From assembly GCA_021819735.1 (NCBI GenBank), contig JAKAFO010000001.1, positions 320 through 64,319 on the forward strand: a DNA stretch of 64,000 nt, in the 5' to 3' direction. Numbering within the stretch: the first letter of the stretch is position 1; each line of letters begins with the position of its first letter. The DNA is from Deltaproteobacteria bacterium. Lineage in GTDB: Bacteria > Desulfobacterota > Desulfobacteria > Desulfobacterales > Desulfosarcinaceae. The notes below the pieces were generated by a model. The model saw nothing but the letters and a program-made list of their open reading frames with translations. It searched no databases and was not told the origin of the DNA. Shown one piece after another: positions 56,594 through 64,000 of this stretch. Both the position numbers and the translations under genes were made by a program.

Positions 56594-57964
56594 ATGACGA
56601 CTCGCAGCCGACTTCTTAAAATGCATCCGGCTACTTTGGTGCTGCTCAGCTTCCTGGTGGCGATTGTTCTGGGAGCCCTTCTGCTCAAGCTGCCGATCGC
56701 AGTAGGCGCAGGCGCCGTTTCCTGGGTGGATGCATTTTTTACAGCCACTTCTGCCATCTGTGTCACCGGTTTGACGGTCGTGGATATAGGCAGCCGGTTC
56801 ACTCTTTTCGGGCAATGCATCATTTTACTACTCATTCAGGTGGGCGGCTTGGGAGTCATGACCATTTCCGTGGCTCTATTCCAATGGGTCGGGTGGGGGG
56901 CATCTATCCGGCAACGCTTGGCCATGCAGGAGCTTTTCGCCGCCGCTCCGCGTAAGGATATATTCAGCCTGGTAAACAGCATCATCGTGTTCACGGTCTG
57001 GGCGGAATTGATCGGGGCAATTTTGCTGACTGTTTGCTGGGCACCGGAGCTTGGCTTCTTCAAAGCCGCTTATTTCGCGCTTTTTCACTCCATTGCGGCT
57101 TTTTGTAACGCCGGGTTTGCTCTCTTTCCGGACAATTTAATCGGTTATAGCGGCCACGGCTTGCTTAATGTGGCGATCTGTCTGCTGATTGTAATTGGCG
57201 GCATTGGTTTCCCGGTTTTGTATGACCTGCGATGCTGGGTCAATAGCAGAAAACGGGGACGGTGTCGCCTCTCGATCCAATCTAAAACGGTGTTGTGGAC
57301 AACCCTTGTCTTGATCGTCGGTGGGGCCTTGATGTACGCTTTTCTGGAGCGAAAAGCGCTTGCCGATTCACCTTCCTGGCACTACCGCATTTTAGTGCCG
57401 CTATTCCAATCCATCACTTGCCGCACAGCGGGATTCAATACTGTTGATATCTCCTCCCTGAGGGAGGCTACTCTGGCCATGATGATCTTCTTGATGTTTT
57501 TCGGTGCATCCCCGGGATCTTGCGGTGGCGGCGTCAAGACCACGACATTGGCCCTGTTGACCGCTTTCACCCTCAGCCGCGTTCGGCACGGGCGCAGGGT
57601 CAATCTGTTTAAAAAAAGTGTTCCTGGAGATACCATGGCGCGCGCTGTTTCATTGGTCCTTGTCTCCATCGCCATTGTCTGCTTTGTATTATTCATGCTG
57701 CTCATCGGAGATCAAGCCATCGCCAGAGAAACCAGCGGCGCGGCGCACTCTTTTCTCGGATTTCTTTTTGAAACGGTTTCCGCTTTCGGAACGGTGGGTC
57801 TTTCCATGGGCGTGACGACCGAGTTGAACACGTGGGGCAAGGGCTGGATCATCCTGATGATGATTATCGGTCGTGTGGGCATCTTGACATTTTCCTATAT
57901 TATCGTGGGTTCCGGTAAAGACGAAGGCATCGAATATGCCGAAGAGAGTATGATGGTTGGATAG
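56594..57964 (+). CDS. KtrB/TrkH-family potassium uptake membrane subunit
   Basis: Pore loops TATSAICVTGL, FCNAGF, RTAGF and SAFGTVGLS; also GGGVKTTT. Confidence 0.92.
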   Translation: MTTRSRLLKMHPATLVLLSFLVAIVLGALLLKLPIAVGAGAVSWVDAFFTATSAICVTGLTVVDIGSRFTLFGQCIILLLIQVGGLGVMTISVALFQWVGWGASIRQRLAMQELFAAAPRKDIFSLVNSIIVFTVWAELIGAILLTVCWAPELGFFKAAYFALFHSIAAFCNAGFALFPDNLIGYSGHGLLNVAICLLIVIGGIGFPVLYDLRCWVNSRKRGRCRLSIQSKTVLWTTLVLIVGGALMYAFLERKALADSPSWHYRILVPLFQSITCRTAGFNTVDISSLREATLAMMIFLMFFGASPGSCGGGVKTTTLALLTAFTLSRVRHGRRVNLFKKSVPGDTMARAVSLVLVSIAIVCFVLFMLLIGDQAIARETSGAAHSFLGFLFETVSAFGTVGLSMGVTTELNTWGKGWIILMMIIGRVGILTFSYIIVGSGKDEGIEYAEESMMVG

Positions 57965-57978
57965 AAGGGGAGCTCCGT

Positions 57979-58635
57979 ATGAAACGGTTTGCGGTTATAG
58001 GATTGGGTAACTTTGGTTTCCACGCAGCCAAAGCCTTGTATGAAGATGGCAACGAGGTGGTGGCCATCGATACCGATAAGGCCCGTGTGCAAGCCATTGA
58101 TCCCTTTTGCACCGAAGCCGTGGTGCTGGACTCGACGGATAAAGAGGCACTGAAGACCCTGGGGCTAGAGGATATGGACGGTGTGATCGTTTCCACCGGC
58201 ACCAAAATAAGCACCAGTGTACTTATCTGTCTTTATTTACAGGAAATTGGAGTGAAGAAGATCTTGGCCAAAGCGCTGGATGACGATCATGGCAAGATCC
58301 TCAGGCGTGTCGGCGCCACCGAAATCATCCATCCGGAACGGGATATGGCCGTACGAATATCCCGGGGGCTCTCAAGACCTAATGTGCTGGACTTCATCCC
58401 CCTTGCAGAAGAATTCGATCTGATTCAGGTGGGCCCACCGCGTGATTTTATCGGAAAGAGTCTCAAGGATCTCAATCTTCGCGCAAAGTACAACGTGCAT
58501 ATCATTGCCATCAAAGAGCTTGTTCCTGAAAACTTTATTCTGGTTCCACCGGCGAATTTCGTGATCAAGGATAGCGATATTCTCATCATGTTGGGTAAAT
58601 CTGAGGATATTCGCAGAATCAAGGCTTTGAAATAA
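57979..58635 (+). CDS. KtrA/TrkA-family RCK regulatory subunit
   Basis: FAVIGLGNFG, HPERDMA and a TrkA-C domain. Confidence 0.92.
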   Translation: MKRFAVIGLGNFGFHAAKALYEDGNEVVAIDTDKARVQAIDPFCTEAVVLDSTDKEALKTLGLEDMDGVIVSTGTKISTSVLICLYLQEIGVKKILAKALDDDHGKILRRVGATEIIHPERDMAVRISRGLSRPNVLDFIPLAEEFDLIQVGPPRDFIGKSLKDLNLRAKYNVHIIAIKELVPENFILVPPANFVIKDSDILIMLGKSEDIRRIKALK

Positions 58636-58675
58636 CTTCCATAATAACCCTATTCGTATTCCATCTTAAGTAACC

Positions 58676-58706
58676 AAAAAACAAGCCGCCTTTGTGGGCG
58701 GCTTGT
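58676..58706 (-). terminator. Intrinsic (possibly bidirectional) terminator between the ktr and mgl operons
   Basis: AAAAA-ACAAGCCGCC-TTTGTG-GGCGGCTTGT; the T-tail is on the minus strand. Confidence 0.8.
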
Positions 58707-58728
58707 AACTATAATATGGAAAATGGGA

Positions 58729-59376
58729 TCAAGATTTGCGCATCGTATTCAACTCGTTTTGTAAGGAAGCCAGTTGCGCTTTCAACTCTTTGACCTCGGC
58801 ACCCAAGCGCTCTTCCACCGCTAACATTGCTTGCTTAAATTTATGATGCTCTAAGAGCGCCGCCAATTCGTTTTCGACCGGCTCCCCCCGCTGTCCTTGA
58901 GCGGTTGGCGCTGTGGCCGCATACCTGACCGTCCGTTGGGTTTCGACCTGCTCTTTGAGCTTTTTAAAAGCTTGAATTTCCTTGGCAACAATTCGTTTCC
59001 GCTGATCCTCGCCCAGTTGCTTGTCATTGATTAACGTCTCAAGACTCGCAAATACCGACATTACTCTTTTAATGGCGTCCTGGTGAGAGCGCGCTTTGCG
59101 TTTACGGATGTACCGCCCCAGGGCACGCAGCATGCGCAACAATGCATGGGTGATGGGATCGCTTTCGAAATGCGGTAATAATGCCTCCGACTGGTCGATC
59201 AAATCCGTCAGGCACGCATCGGTGATCTCCCAATCAATTGAAAGAACCGCTGATTTCAATTTTTCCAAGGAGTAGCTGGCCGTAGAGACAGCAGGTGCTT
59301 GGCTCTTTTCTCCGAAGAAATCATCCAATCGGTTCTCGATATCGCTGGATAGTTTTGTCTTGGCGGATTTATCCAA
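58729..59376 (-). CDS. Helical hypothetical protein, third gene of the mglBA operon
   Basis: AGGAGG overlaps the mglA stop with a TTG start 6 nt later; 'LKSAVLSIDWEI' motif and C-terminal coiled coil. Confidence 0.75.
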   Translation of the reverse strand: MDKSAKTKLSSDIENRLDDFFGEKSQAPAVSTASYSLEKLKSAVLSIDWEITDACLTDLIDQSEALLPHFESDPITHALLRMLRALGRYIRKRKARSHQDAIKRVMSVFASLETLINDKQLGEDQRKRIVAKEIQAFKKLKEQVETQRTVRYAATAPTAQGQRGEPVENELAALLEHHKFKQAMLAVEERLGAEVKELKAQLASLQNELNTMRKS

Positions 59377-59386
59377 TACCGACCTC

Positions 59387-59992
59387 CTATGCCAAATGCT
59401 CCTGAAGGGATACAATCGTTTCCGAGATGATTTTTTTTACAGTGGCTATTACATTATCGCCCCGAAGGGCGCTGGCTTCGAAATAGGGGGCCTTAAGTTT
59501 CGTATTCAGATCCTGTTCCAGGGTTGCGATGTCCAAAAGGGGGATGTCGGGAGCGCTCAGATCTCGCTTGTTATACTGCAAGACAACGGGGAATTTATAC
59601 ATATCGATGTCGTAAAATGCCAGGTTTTCGCGCAAATTTTCAAGGGATTGAATGTTTTTTTCGCGCATCACGACCATTGAATCGGCCACAAAAACGACAC
59701 CGTCCACTCCCTTTAGTACCAGTTTGCGCGTGGCGTTGTATTTCACCTGGCCCGGCACCGTATATAATTGGGTTTTGATTCGGTACCCTTGGATCGTACC
59801 CAAATCAAAAGGCAAGAAATCGAAAAACAAAGTGCGGTCCCCGTGGGTTTTGATGCTAACCATATCCGACTGGATCCGGTGCCGAATCGTCTTGAAAAGA
59901 TATTCCAAGTTAGTGGTTTTACCCCCACGGCCCGGTCCCACGTACACAATTTTGATCTGTACTTCTTTTTTGCGAATGTTGATAACCGCCAC
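59387..59992 (-). CDS. mglA: MglA-family small GTPase
   Basis: KIVYVGPGRGGKTTNL, DRTLFFDF, LYTVPGQ, QYNKRDL and EASA. Confidence 0.93.
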   Translation of the reverse strand: MAVINIRKKEVQIKIVYVGPGRGGKTTNLEYLFKTIRHRIQSDMVSIKTHGDRTLFFDFLPFDLGTIQGYRIKTQLYTVPGQVKYNATRKLVLKGVDGVVFVADSMVVMREKNIQSLENLRENLAFYDIDMYKFPVVLQYNKRDLSAPDIPLLDIATLEQDLNTKLKAPYFEASALRGDNVIATVKKIISETIVSLQEHLA

Positions 59993-60056
59993 GCAGGGAA
60001 TCCTCGTCTAATAGGTTGTGCATCTCAGTCGATGGCTTCGAATCGGCGCGGCCAGA

Positions 60057-60464
60057 TTATCCGACTTTTTTGGTCGTTTCGAAGATTTTGCTGATTTTGC
60101 CAATGGATTCGTCGACTTTTAGGCGTAAGTAGCCTAAAGAGACATCGTTTCCAAAAATGGTCACCAGCAAAAAGTCATCCAGCACCTTGCTGAAATGAAT
60201 GTTTTCATTCTTGCCTTTATGAAACAGCAGGGCGAAATCATCTTCACCGATAATGGCGGCCATGGCGCACACTGCCCCGAAATTGCCTGCGGCCAGGGCC
60301 GCTAAGGAATAGACATCGTGGCCCACCTGGCCATTGTCGAGATTGGAAATGATATTCCCGGCCATGTCGATAAGGATGACGCATTTCAGACCAAGGTCCA
60401 TTAAGTCCTTCTGCAAGACCTCTTCGATACCATCCAGCTGTTCTTGATCAAGTATATAGGACAA
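60057..60464 (-). CDS. mglB: MglB-family roadblock/LC7 protein
   Basis: LIDMAG...SLAALAAGNFGA...LFHKG...SLGYLRL; AGGAGG RBS with TTG start. Confidence 0.88.
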   Translation of the reverse strand: MSYILDQEQLDGIEEVLQKDLMDLGLKCVILIDMAGNIISNLDNGQVGHDVYSLAALAAGNFGAVCAMAAIIGEDDFALLFHKGKNENIHFSKVLDDFLLVTIFGNDVSLGYLRLKVDESIGKISKIFETTKKVG

Positions 60465-60675
60465 TGATCTTCCTCCTTTGGGAATTAGTTGCCTGTGCTT
60501 AAGCCAAAAGAACTGCCGCTGCTCTTGGATCTGAAAGTCACGATCAACCGACAGGCGTAGAAAGCATTCATTACCCGCCTATTCGGCATCGATACCGGCT
60601 CTATCCGGCGGCGCAACAATCTGATCAGCCCCCCCGCTCGATTTGCGCTGATAGAATACCCTTTTAGTTCAAGCA

Positions 60676-60704
60676 AGTATAAAAAAATGCCGGTGTAGTG
60701 TCAA
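60676..60704 (-). promoter_or_regulatory. Sigma70-type promoter for mglBA
   Basis: Minus strand TTGACA-N17-TATACT. Confidence 0.7.
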
Positions 60705-60816
60705 ATAAAAAGAAATAGTGCGGATTTGGCACGCGTCCACCTGGGCAAATTTCACTGTTAGCTTGCTTTTCAACGCAAGTGTGCGATATGGATAAAAATA
60801 TGAAAAGGAGCGGATA

Positions 60817-61410
60817 ATGGCTTACTCAGTCGACCAAATTGAAAAGCATACGATTGTGATGAGGTTGGCCGTATCGATCTACAAAATGAATGAAGCGGAA
60901 CTCATCATGCTGTTAGATACTTTATCCAATGGAGAAGATGAAATTGCGGCAGAGAATGGCGCATTGTTTAAATCTTCCTCCGGATTGGATGAAAGTGGCG
61001 TGCGTCGGCAGATGATTATCGCAAGGATATTCGTCTTGATCCAAAAATTGGATAAAAACGGCCTTCTGGACCGCCTGGCTCAATTAAAGGACGCAGCCTA
61101 CCGATGGGTACGCGAATATCCGCGATTAAGCTGTTTGATGCTCATTGATTTTGCTGCGGAGGGAAAGGTATATCGCAGTTGCATCCGCGATATCAGCGCC
61201 AAGGGGATGTTTATCGAAACCTCGGAAACTTTCGAGCCTGGGCAGGAATTGGCCCTTTGCTTTACCCTGTCAGAAGCCAATGAGAGCATGCCTTTCAAGG
61301 TCAAAGGCCGGGTGACCCGGATCTACTCGGGAGGAATCGGCGTCCAATACGAAAAGATCACCCACTACCAGCGCGAAATCCTCAATACTTTGATTAATAA
61401 AATCAACTGA
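60817..61410 (+). CDS. PilZ-domain protein with duplicated N-terminal helical motif
   Basis: REYPR (RxxxR) and DISAKG (DxSxxG), followed by KGRVTR...GIGVQY. Confidence 0.88.
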   Translation: MAYSVDQIEKHTIVMRLAVSIYKMNEAELIMLLDTLSNGEDEIAAENGALFKSSSGLDESGVRRQMIIARIFVLIQKLDKNGLLDRLAQLKDAAYRWVREYPRLSCLMLIDFAAEGKVYRSCIRDISAKGMFIETSETFEPGQELALCFTLSEANESMPFKVKGRVTRIYSGGIGVQYEKITHYQREILNTLINKIN

Positions 61411-62329
61411 TCAATTTCTTGGCAATAGCTGCCGCGTTGGCCAGCGCCCGGCTCGTTTTCGGCAGCGCGGCGATGGGGAGCATCTGGGCGATCAGTTTTT
61501 CAACAAGCGGATCATAAGGGATGGCCGCGACTCCCTGGCAGTGGACCGTGAGATACTTTTCGGACACGACCTGAATGATCCGCCCTGCATTTCCATCGCG
61601 TTGTTCCTTGGCCATATTAGTGATCAGAATGGGGCGGATTTTCTGCACGGTCTCCATCAAACGTTCGGCTGCCTTTTCTCCGTGGGAATTGCGAATGGTT
61701 TCATGTAAATTGGCAATCGTCCGGATTTGATCCTCGTTCTTCGGGTTCATGGCCATGCGCACCAATTCTTGCAGAGAAGGGTGCTTGTGAGCCATGCGGC
61801 TCAATTTGCGGTAGACCGCATTTCGTATGAAGGCATACGCATTTTGGATGGAAATCGGTTGGGGCGTCAGCACGACCACCGGTTTGTCGGCCACAAGGAA
61901 AAAATCGAGGACATTGTAGGACGTTCCGGCCCCCAGGTCCATGATTACATGATCGGCCTTCATGTGCGCGATGCTTTGGACGATTTTGCTCTTTTGCGAG
62001 AATTGGGGATTGGCGTAAGATAAAATTTCACTGGCGCCACAAACCAAACGCAGATTGCTTATGGGCGTTTGGACACAAATGTCTTCGATGCTGTCATATT
62101 TTTGGGAGACGAGATCATTGAGGTTTCGGTTCGGGCTTTTGATGCCCATCAAGGTGTGTAAATTGGCTGCTCCGAGGTCAGCATCCACCAGGACTGTATT
62201 TTGATTGTGTTGAGCCAGGCCTAATGCCAGCAGAATGCTGACCACACTCTTGCCTACACCGCCTTTTCCGCCTCCGATAGCCCAGATGTGTGGCCTTTTC
62301 TTACTCTGATTCTGTATTTGTGATTCCAC
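61403..62329 (-). CDS. MinD/FlhG-family P-loop ATPase
   Basis: GGGKGGVGKS, DADLGAANLH and DLGAG. Confidence 0.88.
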   Translation of the reverse strand: MESQIQNQSKKRPHIWAIGGGKGGVGKSVVSILLALGLAQHNQNTVLVDADLGAANLHTLMGIKSPNRNLNDLVSQKYDSIEDICVQTPISNLRLVCGASEILSYANPQFSQKSKIVQSIAHMKADHVIMDLGAGTSYNVLDFFLVADKPVVVLTPQPISIQNAYAFIRNAVYRKLSRMAHKHPSLQELVRMAMNPKNEDQIRTIANLHETIRNSHGEKAAERLMETVQKIRPILITNMAKEQRDGNAGRIIQVVSEKYLTVHCQGVAAIPYDPLVEKLIAQMLPIAALPKTSRALANAAAIAKKLIS

Positions 62330-62347
62330 GAGTGCCCTTCCACTGTT

Positions 62348-63553
62348 CTATTGATGGGTTTCCGTTTTAACCATCGAATCCCAGAGGCTCCACAACAGGT
62401 TTTGTTCGCCCACGCTGCCGGAACAATACTCCGTGAGCATTTCCCGGTCCATGGCGCTCAGCGTTTCAAAACGAACGCCGATAAGCGTTATCGATCCTTT
62501 TGATGTCTTTTGCTGGCGTTGCCATACGATTTTGCCGCTTAGATTCAGTACGGCCACATCGTTCAGCAAATCCAATTTGATTTGTACCAGGCGCCCTCGC
62601 AGATTTTGCTTGGGGCTTTTCGCCAACGCCGAACCTAAGTCTACGCACATCCCGCTCAAGGATAAATCCACCGCGATTCCGGCACAGGCCCATGCGCTTT
62701 GGGTGGTGCCCACAGCGGGGCATCGAATCGCTACGCGTGTGGGCAATCCGAAACGCAATGCCCGCCGCACGGTTTGCCAGGAGCGATCACAATTCTGGCG
62801 ATTTTCCGATTTGTAGATTTCTTGCAAGAGTGCTTGAACCTGGGGATATTTCGTGCAGATGGAAGAGAGCACCTCTTTCGAGATGCGGACCAATTCGACT
62901 TCGGTGACGGTTTGAATTTCGGAAACTGCTACGGTGGGTTTATCCAAGGGAAAAATATCGCCAAAGATATCATTCGGGCCCAGAAGTGTGGGTTCGATGT
63001 CCACGCCGGCACGATTGGCTTCACTTGCACAATCCGGTGGGGGCATTTCCCATAATGTTCCTGAGACCACGAAGTAGATCTGATCGGCCGGTTCTTCAGC
63101 ACGGGTTACCTTCTTATGGCCGGTCAGCCGCACTCGCACCAGACGCCGCATCACTGCTACCAATTCGGCATAGCTCATACGTGCCCAGAATCGCTGCAAC
63201 GGAGTTTGACGACTGCCTTCTTCGTGCAGCATGGCGTAAAATCGCCGGCCTTCCTCGTGACTGGGCTTTTGAATGTGCCATTGGAGGATTTTAGCCACAA
63301 TGGCTTGCAGGCTCATTCCGCGCTCGATAAAAAGCTGAGCTGCCCTTTCATAAGATCGAAGCGCTTCGGTGGGACGCTTCAGATCGAAAAGCAAATCACC
63401 GTATTTGCGGTGCAAGAAAGGGTCCAGGGGATAAATCCCAAGAATGTCCTTGAACTCTTCAGCCGACGTGATGCTCACGGTGCCGTCGAGTATCCGCTGC
63501 ATGATGCTGAACTTGTGCTCTTCGATGTTAGGGATTACTTTTTTCATAATCAA
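62348..63553 (-). CDS. TPR-like - cNMP-binding-like - PilZ domain protein
   Basis: YGDLL...EALRSYERA; ADQIYFVVSG...IFGDI; RRALR and DLSLSG; GKIVW...IGVRF. Confidence 0.8.
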   Translation of the reverse strand: MIMKKVIPNIEEHKFSIMQRILDGTVSITSAEEFKDILGIYPLDPFLHRKYGDLLFDLKRPTEALRSYERAAQLFIERGMSLQAIVAKILQWHIQKPSHEEGRRFYAMLHEEGSRQTPLQRFWARMSYAELVAVMRRLVRVRLTGHKKVTRAEEPADQIYFVVSGTLWEMPPPDCASEANRAGVDIEPTLLGPNDIFGDIFPLDKPTVAVSEIQTVTEVELVRISKEVLSSICTKYPQVQALLQEIYKSENRQNCDRSWQTVRRALRFGLPTRVAIRCPAVGTTQSAWACAGIAVDLSLSGMCVDLGSALAKSPKQNLRGRLVQIKLDLLNDVAVLNLSGKIVWQRQQKTSKGSITLIGVRFETLSAMDREMLTEYCSGSVGEQNLLWSLWDSMVKTETHQ

Positions 63554-63912
63554 AGTGGCTTTCCAGAACGCAGGGACTCAATAATGGTATTGATGCGTTG
63601 GTCCAGAACGTCCCCTTTTTCGAGTGTGAGTTGAAGGATTTCATACAAGGGTTTTAAACGACGATCAATGGTTAAAAACATCGCTGTCAGGTAAGCCAGA
63701 CGTTGGTTCAGGGCCTCGACCTGTTGCTGCAGGCTCGCCAAATCCGGCTCCTTGGTTGCTTTGGTTTGTTGGAACTCACCAATCATCTGAGACAGGTCGT
63801 CCTGCTCTTCTCCGGAGAGTCCCGCCAGCGGAGCAAACTGTTGACCGCTGGCGATTGTCGCTGTTTCGCTAAGCTTTTTCATAATTTTTAAGCTGTTCTT
63901 TGATCCGTCCAT
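63550..63912 (-). CDS. Hypothetical coiled-coil protein (start uncertain)
   Basis: Its stop overlaps the TTG start of the next gene; heptad pattern LASLQQQVEALNQRL. Confidence 0.7.
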   Translation of the reverse strand: MDGSKNSLKIMKKLSETATIASGQQFAPLAGLSGEEQDDLSQMIGEFQQTKATKEPDLASLQQQVEALNQRLAYLTAMFLTIDRRLKPLYEILQLTLEKGDVLDQRINTIIESLRSGKPL

Positions 63913-64000
63913 TAATCGTTTCGATCTTGGCCTGTTGTTCTTTCAGGTGGTCATCTATGTTAAAGAGACGGCGATTATTGCCCCACCTGTATTTTGTTAA

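Noticed and set aside
63913-64000. Partial CDS running off the window end
   Set aside because: The minus-strand frames contain stops or lack a credible start, so I treat it as intergenic.
1-64000. CRISPR array, IS elements, prophage or defence genes
   Set aside because: I saw no regularly spaced short repeats and no transposase, integrase or cas-like ORFs. The only long repeats are inside cheA.

Overview
This window is core chromosome of a sulfate-reducing deltaproteobacterium; the gene content looks Desulfobacterales-like (inference). Bases 1-36 kb are mostly housekeeping genes: a divergent dnaA paralog, suhB, hflX, dnaB, rplI/rpsR/rpsF, hemL, mpl, birA, ihfA, mfd, surA-like genes, rodZ, recO, glyQS, ligA, ftsY and smc, plus four tRNAs. 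Bases 36-64 kb are dense in signalling genes and hold three notable modules. (1) A pfp / PAS hybrid kinase / NtrC-type activator operon is followed directly by enhancer-like palindromes, a sigma54 promoter and an unannotated ~180-nt rod-shaped RNA with a central bubble (6S-like shape, in a cbrB-crcZ-like gene arrangement). (2) A chemosensory cluster lacks both receptor and CheR, has three CheB homologs that each lack a complete catalytic triad, a CheA with three tandem Hpt/pseudo-Hpt modules, and a zinc-ribbon ParA. (3) An mglBA GTPase module lies beside PilZ, cNMP and FlhG-like genes. I saw no CRISPR array, IS element or prophage. All calls come from reading the sequence; no database search or folding program was run.
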